Of a stretch of 64,000 bases of DNA, positions 12,482 to 24,700 are shown piece by piece. The notes below the pieces were generated by a model. That model was given only the letters and a program-made list of their open reading frames with translations. It was not told the DNA's origin and made no database searches. The stretch is from Amphiscolops sp. MND2022. Lineage: Eukaryota. The DNA lies in NCBI GenBank assembly GCA_964187785.1, contig OZ076413.1, positions 47,742,001-47,806,000 of the forward strand, in the 5' to 3' direction. Numbering within the stretch: position 1 is the stretch's first letter; the number at the start of each line of letters is the position of its first letter. The translations under genes and the position numbers were made by a program.

Positions 12482-12701
12482 TCAAAACAGTTGGTTTTTC
12501 CTGCGGATAATTTCCTCATACTTGCTCGCGTCATAATTCGTGACGTCATAGCAAGCGGTTTGTGGGTCCGTGCTGATTTTGTCCTGAATGATATCCACGA
12601 AGATGTCCAAATCACACTTGAGGGCATTACAGCCGGGAATCATCCGAGGCTCTTGTTCCTGACCTTTGGTTGAGTTTTTGAACAGCAGCTGCACTTGGTA
12701 C
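12482..12701 (-). CDS. Acid phosphatase exon 7 (last coding exon)
   Basis: ttttag|G YQVQLLFKNST...IPGCNALKCDLDIF...TAC...KNQLF*. Confidence 0.85.
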
Positions 12702-15700
12702 CTAAAATCATCGGTAATTGGAGCCCATGCTCTCGCAATTCGTTATCGAAACGATCCTATAGGATTTTTAAACAGTGTAGAATTTATCGAAAGAAATTAT
12801 TGGTCTAAAATTGTTTCGGGGAACAAAAACATAATATCGAAGTTTGTAACCGCACAGTTTCAAAAGCATTTTTTTTACAAAACTTGTGAATTGTATCCAA
12901 ACTCACTTCAGTTGCATAGTGTGAGAAGCAAAATTTTAAAATTGAAGTGAGTTTGGAGACATTTCACAAGTTTTGTAAAAAAAAATTCTCAAACTCTGTG
13001 GTTTACGAACTATGCGGAACAAAAATATGTCATTGAAGTTTGTAACTTCATGAAGTTACAAACATCGATGATATATTTTTGTTCCGCGACACAATTTTAC
13101 ACCAATCTTTTCCTTTGATAAAGTCAGCATTGTTTAAAATCCCGAGTGGACGCCAAAGTTTTCAATTAGATTTTGAGTTTCTACAGTTTATTATAAATTA
13201 TGCTGTTTCTCAATTGAAATGTGTGCTCAAAATCCCTGGTTTTAAAAAGGAAATTGAACGATTTTTTTTGTGTCCATTTTGTTTTTAAAGTGATATTTTG
13301 TTTTTAAAATCTTACTTGTCTTCCGGTGTCTGATACAATTCCAAGAATGCACAAGATGCATACGGGGGGTTCGGGCCGACAGGTTGGTCCAAGTTGCCCA
13401 TAAATGGAAGTACTGTTGTGTCATGCTGAAACGATGAATGGGTAAAAATAATGAGCTTTTTTCAGTTCAACATTTCATTTTCTTTCAGCTTCTACAAAAC
13501 ATCGAGAGCTTGAAATATTCTTTGTCCAAAAAATGAAGATGATGATGTAACACCTTTTTCGCCTCGAAGTCGTTGAAAACTTCTAACTGACCAAAAAATC
13601 AAAATGTTTGCAACCATGATGGCATATGACGTCGCAATGTCATTTAGTCAGAGGGGCATGGGATAGCGACGAACAAAAACAGCTAAATTGATAAAAATTA
13701 CATCAATTTTCTTTATAAAAAACAAAAAAATGAAATGTATTCATTACAAATATTTGAAAAAGATTGCTTTCAGCATTTGAAAAACTTCTGGAAGTATCTG
13801 AAACCTTTTTTTCTGTATTTCTATATTGTCTGGAGTATCCCTCCTATACAAACAAAAACAGGCTAACAATAGCCTGCAATTGTTAAAACAGAATGATTTC
13901 AGGCCAATCGTAGTATAATCATACATTTTTGGTTAAAAGCTGACCATTTCCTGGACCATATAGGGTTCAATTTTCAGTCTGTTTGGTTTCATGATTGGCG
14001 TATCGACATACGGTAGTAAATTACCGCAAATAATGAACATTGACAATGATTAACTTTTAGAGTATTCAAAAACGATGTACCCATTATCGGAACAAAATTA
14101 AGATAATATCTTACAGTTACTGGTGTATTTGTGAAAATGATATTTTAACTTACCAAATACTAGCCCCCAATCGGTTTCAACCCAAGAACGGCGACACTGT
14201 GAAATAATTTACGCTTCTTGAGCCAACGTACAGCTAGATAAACGCCACCCTGCTCAGGCCCTTGATGATTCCCAGAACAGGTAATCCAACAAGGTGGATC
14301 ATTGCCGCCCAACAAAATATTCAAAGATATTAATGCCAAGTCGACGGGCCAGTAGCTTCGTGTCAGTGGCAGTAACGAAGAACAGATCATCCACCCCACC
14401 TTCAGGAAGGTCACCGTCGAATCGGACCGTGAGGTGTCCGTTGGGTCCAAAGCGTTCCTGACGCACCATTTCTTCGAGTATACCCGCGTGAGCAGGCGTC
14501 CCGGAAAGAACAGCACTCAGGGCTGAGCAGAGGCAGTTACGAGTAGACCAAGTATCCAACATGTCCGGTTCAAAACGGGCGACATCCAAACAAGGGCAAT
14601 CGACAGTTGGGAAGAACCTTGCCCAAGGGATGCCGAACTTGCGACATAGGTCCTTTCTTCTCTCCTCGGTATAGTGAACCATGGGGCCTTCCACGCGAAA
14701 CCCAATGAGGCTATCGAGTCGTACCACACAGGTAGTGACAACAGCCCGGCAATGACCCTCGAGACCCACAACGGAGAAGCGCTCCCGAGCAGCAGGGACA
14801 AGGTCATTGCGGTTACAATGACCAAGTTCCTCATGTAAAAGTTTCAACTCCTGGTCCACCTCCCCCTCATGAAGAACTCGACGCGAATTGAAGAAGAGTC
14901 GAAAGCAGTGGTCCAAGGAGTACCCTTTCATCCCCTTCTTGAAATTATCACGCCTTCGAGCATTGAAATGACCACGAAAAGCACCGGAATGAAGATAACT
15001 GACTTTCTCATTGTAACGAGTTACGTCCGTGGTAGATCGATTACTATACTGCAATGTAATAGCATGCGAGAATAGAACTGCGGATGGCAAACAGAATGTA
15101 GAAAGAGTAAATTTGATTGTTTGAGTAAGATAGAATTGACGTCAACAACGAAATTGTTCGAATTAGCTAAGTTAGAATCGACCGCTTCGAGCGAATTTTG
15201 CTAAGACTTATTTTAGACGGAAAAAGAGATCTGAGGGAAAAAACACCATCCACCCCCCGTCCCGGAGAACTACTGAACCGATCCCGCTGAAATTTGACAC
15301 ACGTATACCTGAGGTGTAATGCTACTCGCCTATGAAAACGGAACCGAGCCGAGACCCCCCAGTCCCGGGCTATTAGCACCGGAAGTGACCAAGGTCGACC
15401 CCCCTATGAACTCGTCGGCCAAGCACGGAATAAGTCGTATTATACTTAGGATCGATAGCCCATATGATATTAAGCCGTTTGCAAAAGTTTTGGGAACCCT
15501 ACGACGCGCGTAGGAGGAGCACGGACCCTAGGTAAATAAACCCGGAACGTTGTGTAAATAGCCACCGGATGACCCTAAGATCATGAAACTTACCCAAGAT
15601 GTTCACCTAGTAACCCTAACTAATATACATGAAAGATACATGAATCGGTCCCCCACGCGCGGCGGAGTAATGTTTGTTTAAGGCACGCGGACCGGACGCG

Positions 15701-18700
15701 CGGGCCCGACCGATAAAAGACATTTGACCTTGGCTTGTAATACCTCAAACGAACCGGAATGATGAATGTAGTCGATTAATAACGTGAAGGGAACCATATT
15801 TGTAACCCATGCGGGGGTAACCGCCTTAAGTAAACAAACTATACGCATATCATGTAACTCGAAAACTATTGACCCTAGGATGACATAACTTGGTATATAG
15901 CGACATTAGATGAGGACAAATAACTTCAAGGTCACCGATGGACCTCAAGGTCATTTTAGATGCAACCTAGGAACATATAGAAAAACTTATGATGAAATTT
16001 GTAAATCAGCGTTTTTAAGTGATAATTTATGCAATTCAGCCCGGCGGAACGATTCGCGATGCATTGCGCCCAAAAGGACGGAAAAGTAACCCTCACACGT
16101 AGAGAGCATGTAAACCATGTAACAGAAGGTCATTAAACAATTGGCTCGATATTGGAAATATCTTGGTTGACTTGAAATATTATTGAAATGTGAACTTTGT
16201 ACAACCTTTGTTGAAGTATTTTTTGTTGGCGGCGAAGTATGTCTGGCCGAAATATGACTAGGGCGCTACCATGCCATAAAAGGAATGAAATTACATGATT
16301 TATAAAAGCATGCAAATAAAAGAGCGACATCGGTACAACAAAAATGCTGCTGATGAATAAATATCTCAGGGAGGGAAAAAGAGACGAAGTGAGACACAAG
16401 AACGATTACGAAGTTAAGAGTAAGTTGAGCCGTGTGCGGGCAAGAAACCTACTCGTGAACGAATCTGACTTAACTGCTTTGTGAGAGCAGCGAATTAGTT
16501 ACAAGTCCGGGACTTGGAAATCTTAGTGTGAATCGTGATTCTGGCACAGTCTTGTCGAGTTATTGTATATAATTCATTCACCTGCTGTGCTATTGTTATT
16601 GTTTGATTGAGTAGTTACGTACTGTGGAAATATTCAACTTGTATTATCCAGATAACTCCCGAATTAGAGTATTAATTGCGAGTAACTTTTCCATAGCATT
16701 GTTGGAGTCGAAAACTTGAGCACCGGAGAGACTTTGTGAAAAGAGTACGCGATACGTGGACGAAAATTACTCACTAAAAACTAAACCTTTCTGTTAGAAT
16801 CGAGCAGTGGGATTCCTCTCCAACCATTTAGCACAAATTTCTACAGTATTCAAAACTAATCTCAAATGAAGCACATGTCTCAAAGAATGAGTGGACACCG
16901 CGAAAAAACGACTACTATTTTTTAGAAAAACAGTGGTTGAGCCATGACCTCACAACAATCATGTTTAACTCTTCGAATTCATCTTAGACACCTTTGGTGT
17001 TTTGACCAGCAATGTATTTCTTGAATACCGTGGGTCAAAAACAGCTTTATTATCGGTTGTATCTTCAGATTCTCAAGTTGATTATTCTTGGGCTTCAGCG
17101 TCGCTGAGTCCTGTGTTTTTGCTGATTGCATCAGCGTCCTGTAATAGTTTTACGAAGCATAACCTATAACTCGTTAGTGAAATGTACTAACCGCGGAGTA
17201 GAAAATGAACTTTTGAGTCAAATTGTTGGCCTTCTTATTCAGAATGTTTTCCAGCATCAGCGCAAGAAGAGGGGCTAAAACCAAACATTTTTTCTACATT
17301 TGGAGAAAAACATGGAATACCGTTCAAGTCGGAGCACCGCTGGAAGCCTAAAAAGTGCATAGTCCTAAAAACATACAGGATTTTTTAGAAAAAAAACTGA
17401 TTGCCATAAATATCCAAGGAAGGACACTTTGGGATGGAAGAAAAGTTTTTCCTTCATAAAATATTCCGCAAATTAAACGGAGATCTTATGAAAATATAAA
17501 AATCGTACATTTCCAGAAAACCTCAAGAGACGGCAACCCTTTTGTTCCGGGTCCTGTATAGATCAAGTGAGGAAATGAAAGGGCCGAAGGGATCATTTGG
17601 CTCTATTGGCTACTCTTGACCTTGCTTGAAAATTGAACATGAAACATGGACCATGCGGTGCGAGCTATGTGGCCTGAGGAAAACAAACTTAACGAACAAT
17701 GATAACACTTTCAGACTCTTATCACCTACAAATCAGCAATTCATAAAAGCAAATGCATTTCAAAGGAAACTTTCCGAAAAGGCGTTGCATCAAAAAATCC
17801 TAGGAAACGCGTTTAAAGGTTCATAAACACTCTGAGTTAACTTTCAGATAAATATTAACCAAGAATAAAATACGGTGACACCATAGGACACCATAGTAAT
17901 CACTCAACGTTGATGTTATAAACAACTAGATTCATTTTATGGGTGAAATCACATTTGTTTTAGACCCCACAAGTTATTGGCGATTTTCAAATTTGTCAGG
18001 GTCGATTTTGACTTCGAAATCTATTTCTGATCAACTTACCGCCTCCTTTGTCCAAGTAATTTGCTCTTTGGTCTGAGAATCGGAACTTTCTGTCAATGTT
18101 CTTGATGTTAGCCATTCTAATGAATACGTCATCAGTTAGCCATGACGGAATCGTGAAGTTGTGGGCTTTCTAAAATTCAACCTTATTGATTGCAAATCAA
18201 AAAGGCATATATCAAAAAGCATTCAATTTTCAACGAAACGTAAGCGGTATAGATTTTGAACTTTTTTATTTGAAATTTATTTACAAACGATATATTCAAA
18301 CGATATTTTCAATTTTAACATAAATTAACCGTGCATCAAAGAATAGCGATATTTAATCATCAAACCATGGTCGGCAAAACTGCTGCTAAACTTGAAACCT
18401 GAAAGTTCACGTACTCTTCTGAAGTTCCGAGGCTTTGAGTTTCTTCAAAGTGACGCCGCGGACACTAATTAGGCACTTAGAAGGATCAAAATTGATATCA
18501 AAAAGCGAAAAAAGATCCTCTGAATGTAATTATCTCAGAAAGTTAGCTAGCAGCAGTTCGAACGAACAAAAACTCCCTCGCTGAACACGAGAAACTTATG
18601 GCCCTGAACATTGAAAGATCGTTCGAAAATAACACAAAAGATCAAGAATTGTTTTAGGCCTTACAAAATTACCATGTGACAAATATAAATTACACAAAAA

Positions 18701-21700
18701 ATGATCACAACTCTCCATGAAAATAGTCTAGTATTGAGGACTAGATACTAATTCTCTTTTCCCATACGTTTGAACATTGGCAAAAAAGTAGTTCAATATC
18801 CCTTTGAACATTGTCACAGAACATTTTGTGAAGCAATTCTGCTCTGAAGAAACAACTAACATCACAGACAACGTTATCGTACATTTCGCCCAAGTACTTT
18901 ACATTCCACTTCGAGGGAGGGTACCCGGCGTCTCCACACACTTGGTTGATGAAATCTTGGTTCTCTTCCACGAACTCAGTGTAGTTCCTCGATGCCTCCA
19001 GTCGCTCTATCTCCTGGTCCAAGGCAGGGCATGTTGTCCCGGCTAAATACTGAATGTAACGTCAAGCTAACAGCTACATTCTAGAACTGGGACAATGCCC
19101 AGGTTGCTTGAACAAGAGACCAGTGCCTTACTACAACCTAAACATCAGTTTTTAGTCCCAAAATGGTCTCAGTAGGGACTTTTCCAAAACGCCGTGGAGA
19201 CTCCTCATATTAGAGCTCCGTGGCGACGTGCCGGCACGCTCCAAGTCCGGACACGTCCCACAAGCCTGTAAAAACAATTCCTAATGTTCCTGCGTGTTCC
19301 TACATACCTCCGAGGTCCAAAAACAGGGTCTAGCTGAAACACATTTTATTGGGGGAATAAGTTCTAAATCCACCAAAATGGGGATCTAGTAGATCCACTA
19401 TCATCGCAAATCTGCTAAACAACATCAAAAACATCTAAATAAACTGAATTTATCACATTCGGGGTTTGTATCCAGTCTTCAGGATTCTTTGGGCAACCTT
19501 CGAAAAGATACTTCTTTCTTCTGGGTCATTTTCTGGGATAGATGGCACAAAACCGCGTTTTTGTGGCAGTTCTCAGTTCTTCTGGGGTCTCTGGCACTGT
19601 CCTCTGGGATTTCGAGGGTTTTTTCGGGGTTCTCCGGCTTTTTTCGGCTCTTTTTTGTCCTTTTTTGGGGACCTGCTAGGTCGGCCATTTTGAATGCTCT
19701 TATTTGATATCGCACACTTTTTGAATTTGAACGAAATTTTCAAAAATTGATATAACGACTTTTGCTGGACGTTACATCCTCCCCGGGCCGTAGTTTGTCG
19801 TCCTCGGCAAACGAGAGAGAATGATACATACCCAGCGGGTCCATAGCAACATTGTTTCAATTCTTTACGTTGGATCTTACTACACAAAATTTTTACACTA
19901 TTTTCGAAATATTTTGTTTTTGCAAAAGTCTCCTGCACTGTTTTTGTAGCACTTATTTATTAACATTCCAGAAGATAAAAATCAATTTTTCTAAAAACTC
20001 TTTCTATTCGTTCCAAGCTAGTTTAAAACTTCTTCTAAGGGGTGGTAATGTACGCGGCATTCCAAAAATTTGCAAGAAAGCATGGTTGCAAGAATTCCGA
20101 TTGCAGTTTTTCTTTTATTTCGGGCGGGGAGGCACCAAGTTGGGACCCACCTACCAGGTAGGGTACTACAAAATGCACAATAGCACTTGAATCGGGTGTA
20201 ATCAAAGCGTTACAATGCCAAATGAACAGCTCCAATATAGAAACACAGCATATAACACATCAAAGAAAATCATCGAGAGTCCATTCAGTCCATTGTGTTC
20301 TGGTGCTTGTTTGGGATCCATTTCAGGTACTGCGCCCATCTTGAATTCTAGGAGTTCACTCATCATCTACTCAAGTGTATGAAGTGCAGAACCAACATTT
20401 CTGAAGCCAACAACCATGTGGCTGGGACATATAACGCTATTCAGATTACAAATACGTGATAGTTTCTGGAACCGGTTCCGTATTGGGTGCTTCGTACCAA
20501 TCACAGACTGAATCAATCGTTTGGAATCTGGTGGTTCGAACACCACTAAATTTGACTTTATATTCGTCTTCTGTCATGTACGGCTTCACCATTCCATAGT
20601 TGATAACAGCAGTTGGTCGACGGTGATCTGAGGACTACTATATCAGTTTCTTGTCGTTGTCAGTTGGATCCACATTGCTCGGGATGCTGCATGGTAGCTC
20701 TCTCAACCAAGTGAAAGATTATTGCACTGTGTACAAACAAGAAACAATAGCATACTGCGTTAGCTTTTAGCACCTGGGGTACAATCTGAGGATGTTGCGA
20801 GGATGTAATTGGGATGATGATCTGATACCGCGGAAGTATAGCGAAATAGGACACAACTGAAAGACGGGGAGCAGTCGTAGATTTAAAACATTTTTTGAAT
20901 GAACGCGAACAATATACTCAAACAATGAGGGGACAACTAATAAAACAATATTCACAATCCGCATTAAGAAACATCTATCAATTGGTTAAAACGACACATA
21001 GGCTTAAAAGAAGGCGAGTGGCCTTTCGAATGGCTGTTCCATAGTGCCACAGGGACTCAGTCAAGCTTTGGGCTTCAGTTGATTGAGGTGTTTTCTGACC
21101 AGTGCTATCGACACATATACCCGATCATGCAGAACTATGTCGACGCTGGAATCAATGAAATGATCTCTCAACATTGAATACCAAGCTGGTAGCATGTTGA
21201 TAGACCTTTCGGGGTCATAAATAGGCAGATGTATTCGGGTGATTTGTGCTCGCTCGAGCTTCTGCACCAGGTCTGTCAGGCACAGATGTAGCACATCATG
21301 TAAAATAGGGTGTTTACTAGAGGCTCTGGTGACTAACAAAAACATCTCGTTGTTCCACGGCGCTGATGGTGATCTGGTGAGATGTACGGCCTTTCCCACG
21401 GCTGGACGTAGCCGGAAGATCTCTTCCTGGCCATATTCCCGAATGACATAACGCGCCATTGCTGAGTATGACAGCAGGTCAGCCGGACAACATATTGCCA
21501 CGGTATCCCGGGCTTGCAGAATGTCAGTTTCCTCGTAGGAAATCCATGACAGATAATTCGGTTTGACCTTCGGGTGTGTTGTCAACAGTTTTCCCGTGAC
21601 GGTGCTTTGATTGTCTTGATTTGGTGTGAGATGATCCAGTATAGCTTTATGGTCTTGCCACACTGTTCTGCGTAAAGGTCGGTCTCCCAAATTTGTGCAA

Positions 21701-24700
21701 GACCAATCATGAACTACGGAGAGTGCTTCTAGCACGGTCACTGGGTTCTCGAACGCATACGTGTATTTGTCCAACAGGCGTATTTTAGTTTGCCGACAGA
21801 AAGTGATAGCTAGTAGCTGTAACCAATGTTGACTAAGGAATTTCCCGCGATAGATATCTGCTAGATGAAAACAAAGTGTGTCCTCGAACTCTACAAGTGT
21901 ACGCAAGTTCTCCAAGCAAATCAATAGAGTTCCTGGATTCACTGGTGATGTTTCGTCCAAGGAGGTGACTAATAGCCACCAACCAGCCGTTGGGTGATAC
22001 ACATCTCCAGGGGGGGAAGTCACACCATATTGTTGCCATAGCTTCTGCGCGGTGATACAGCGTACCATTGCTACTTTCGTGTCTTCTGGCTCTAGTTTTC
22101 CAAACACCATCGATGGTGGGAGTGGGGGTATGATGGCAGCCAGTGTGAATTCCAATCCACTCTTTTCTTGCCACGTCCACTCCTTAAATCGGTAGGTGGG
22201 ACAGTCTGAGGACGATGTTTCTTGCATGGCTTTTAGTGTGGTTTCCAAGGGTGGAACCACACCTGGTCCAATGCTCGAGTAGGTTTTCTCTGTTGTTATG
22301 ACGATATGATGTACTTGTGGTATATCCTGGTCCTTAGCCTGTATGGACCGGATTGTGTGTTGCATGTGGTCTTCAATTGCTTCGGTGTCAGCTGAGTCTG
22401 TGGCAGGAGCGTCCACTCCCCGGGCCAATCGCTTGTCCGGTGGTCTTCCCCTGATTAGGTTGAGGCAACTACAGTTACGGGAACCGCAGGTTCCACACCT
22501 GTATCGTGGTGCTCTATTGCGTCGTAGCTGATAAGGTAGGGCTTGTGAAGGGGTTGGTTGCTCAGCTTCTCGTTGCTCTGGAGATATGCTTTCCGCTATG
22601 TTGGGTAGTGTCATTGCACGTTCCAAAGTTTGAGATTGAGCTCTGGTTCTTACTCGGCCTCTTGATCTAGTGTATGGTCTGTGTGCCCTTGTGAGTGCTC
22701 TGCTTGATGAAGTGGTACTTCCTCTTCTACGACCTGGAGGTCTGCCTCTTGGTCTGCCTCTTTTAGTTGCAGTTCTCCCTGATGAGGGTAATGTTTCCAT
22801 GCTTTGACCGGGTTCTTGAGTTTCTCCACCAGTTCCTTCTTGGGGTTCGGCTTCCTCGGCAAGTTCTAGTTCTACCGAGCTACCAGCTCGAGAACTGAAC
22901 AGTGGAAAATTACTCAATGTATCGGTTAAAGCCGGGTTGGAAAGCAATGGTGCTGAAGTTCCTGAAGGCGAGGGTACCAGACTTGGTGCTGGTTCAGGCA
23001 AGACTTCCTCTTGATCGGAGTACAGTGGTTCGAGGTCGTCAATCTCAGGACAAACCATTGGTTGCTGGGTTTCTTCAATGGGTTGCTCTACTGGTTCTTG
23101 GTCAGATTCGGACTCAGATGGATATCCAAAGTGACTGAAGCGTCTACGTGGGATTCCTTGTTCCAATGCAGACTGAGTACGTGTCTGAATTGTGCGTGGC
23201 GGGACAGGCGCGGTTGGTTCCATTTCGAACGATGCCTCCGGCAGTTGTTCTGGAAGAAAGGAGTCTCGCGAGATGTCTGATGTTATTTCCTCATTACTTT
23301 CTTCCACATATGGATCTGCAATGATGGCTACATTTTGGTCTAACCCGAAGGGTTGATGTGCTGCCCAATCCCACGGTGCTGGCACATGCTTCTTCAGGCG
23401 CTCGAAATGGACTTTTTGACCTGTATCCAAAACATATAGTCTTCCGTCTTGTAACACATCTGTGACCTTGTGAGGTCCACGCCAGGCGCGAAGAAGTTTG
23501 CGGGTACCACCCTTGGGGATTATGTGGCAAAAAACCCAAACGGCATCACCCACGGCGTGAGCTTTTGCCTTCAAATGCCTGTCAAACTTCTGTTTTTGTC
23601 GTATTTGCGCCTGATGAGTGTTTCGGCGAACAAGCTCGTGGATTTCTTGTTGTCTGGCAAGTAGGTGCTCTACAAATTCTTCTTTTGATTCGAACTCTCG
23701 CGCTGCGAATTCTGGGTATATGAACGAGAGCGGAATGGATTTTTCTGCGCCATGTTGGAGCATGTACGGGGAAAATCCGGTTGTCGCATGTCTGGTCGAA
23801 TTGTAGGCACCTAAGACTCCGTCTATGTGCTCATCCCAGTCAAGCATCCTGCGTGACGTATAGACTCGGAGCAAGGTGAGCAATGTTCGGTTCTGGCGTT
23901 CTACTAAACCGTTGCCTCTAGGATGAGCTGGAGTAGACGTTACTCTGGTTACTTGCGAAGCTTTCATCAATTCTTGAGCAATTTCGGCAGTGAAGTTGGT
24001 GGCATTATCTGACTGCATCCTGGCAGGAGTGCCATGTCTCGCAAACCATTTGTTCAGGATAATCTTTGCAGTCGTCTGGGCGTCGTATTCATCATGTGCA
24101 CATGGGATTGCCTCTGCAAATTTGGTGAAATGGTCGATGATGACTAGCAATCCATTATTTCCTGACGTTGTCTTGCACAATTTCAAATGGTCAAATTGCA
24201 CCAGGTCATTAAAATTGCTGCTGTTGATACTCTGCAACGGATAACAAGGATTCCCAGCGGGATGCTTCGTCTGTTGGCATGTTAAGCAATGCTTAATGTG
24301 GTTGACTACATCACGCTTGATGCCTGGCCAAGTGTGGCGCTCTTGTATTCTTGCTAACACTTTGCCTACGCCTTGGTGTCCTGACTCATCATGCGCTCTG
24401 TACAAGATTTCATGTTGATACAACTGGGGCATGACGATCATACACGGTCGTACGTGCATCGCGCGTTGCTGCGGAATGTAATTGACACATAAAATATCAT
24501 TCTGGTTCAGGAACAGTAAGTCTTTCTTCTGATGATAGTATCGCTTGGCAAAGTCCTGCACGTCCTCGGGGAACAAGGTGTCATCCAATGGCTCGTTCTT
24601 CATGAGTTTCTTCAGCGCTAGAAGGTGTACATCTCTGTTTTGAGCTAAATGTAGATCCTTCAATCCGCGCATTGTCGACTGATGCTCGTGCAGCTCAGTC

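Noticed and set aside
14130..16845. Intact Ginger DNA transposon
   Set aside because: No long terminal inverted repeats and no DDE core; only short TGT..ACA ends.
16960..17140. Possible extra phosphatase exon ending ...KLFLTHG
   Set aside because: Its phases are incompatible, and exon 17274-17192 (KFIFYSA) joins HDTT perfectly.
19466..19938. Short Lys/Pro- or Phe/Gly-rich ORFs in the LTRs of B
   Set aside because: Products of low-complexity LTR sequence, with no evidence of coding function.
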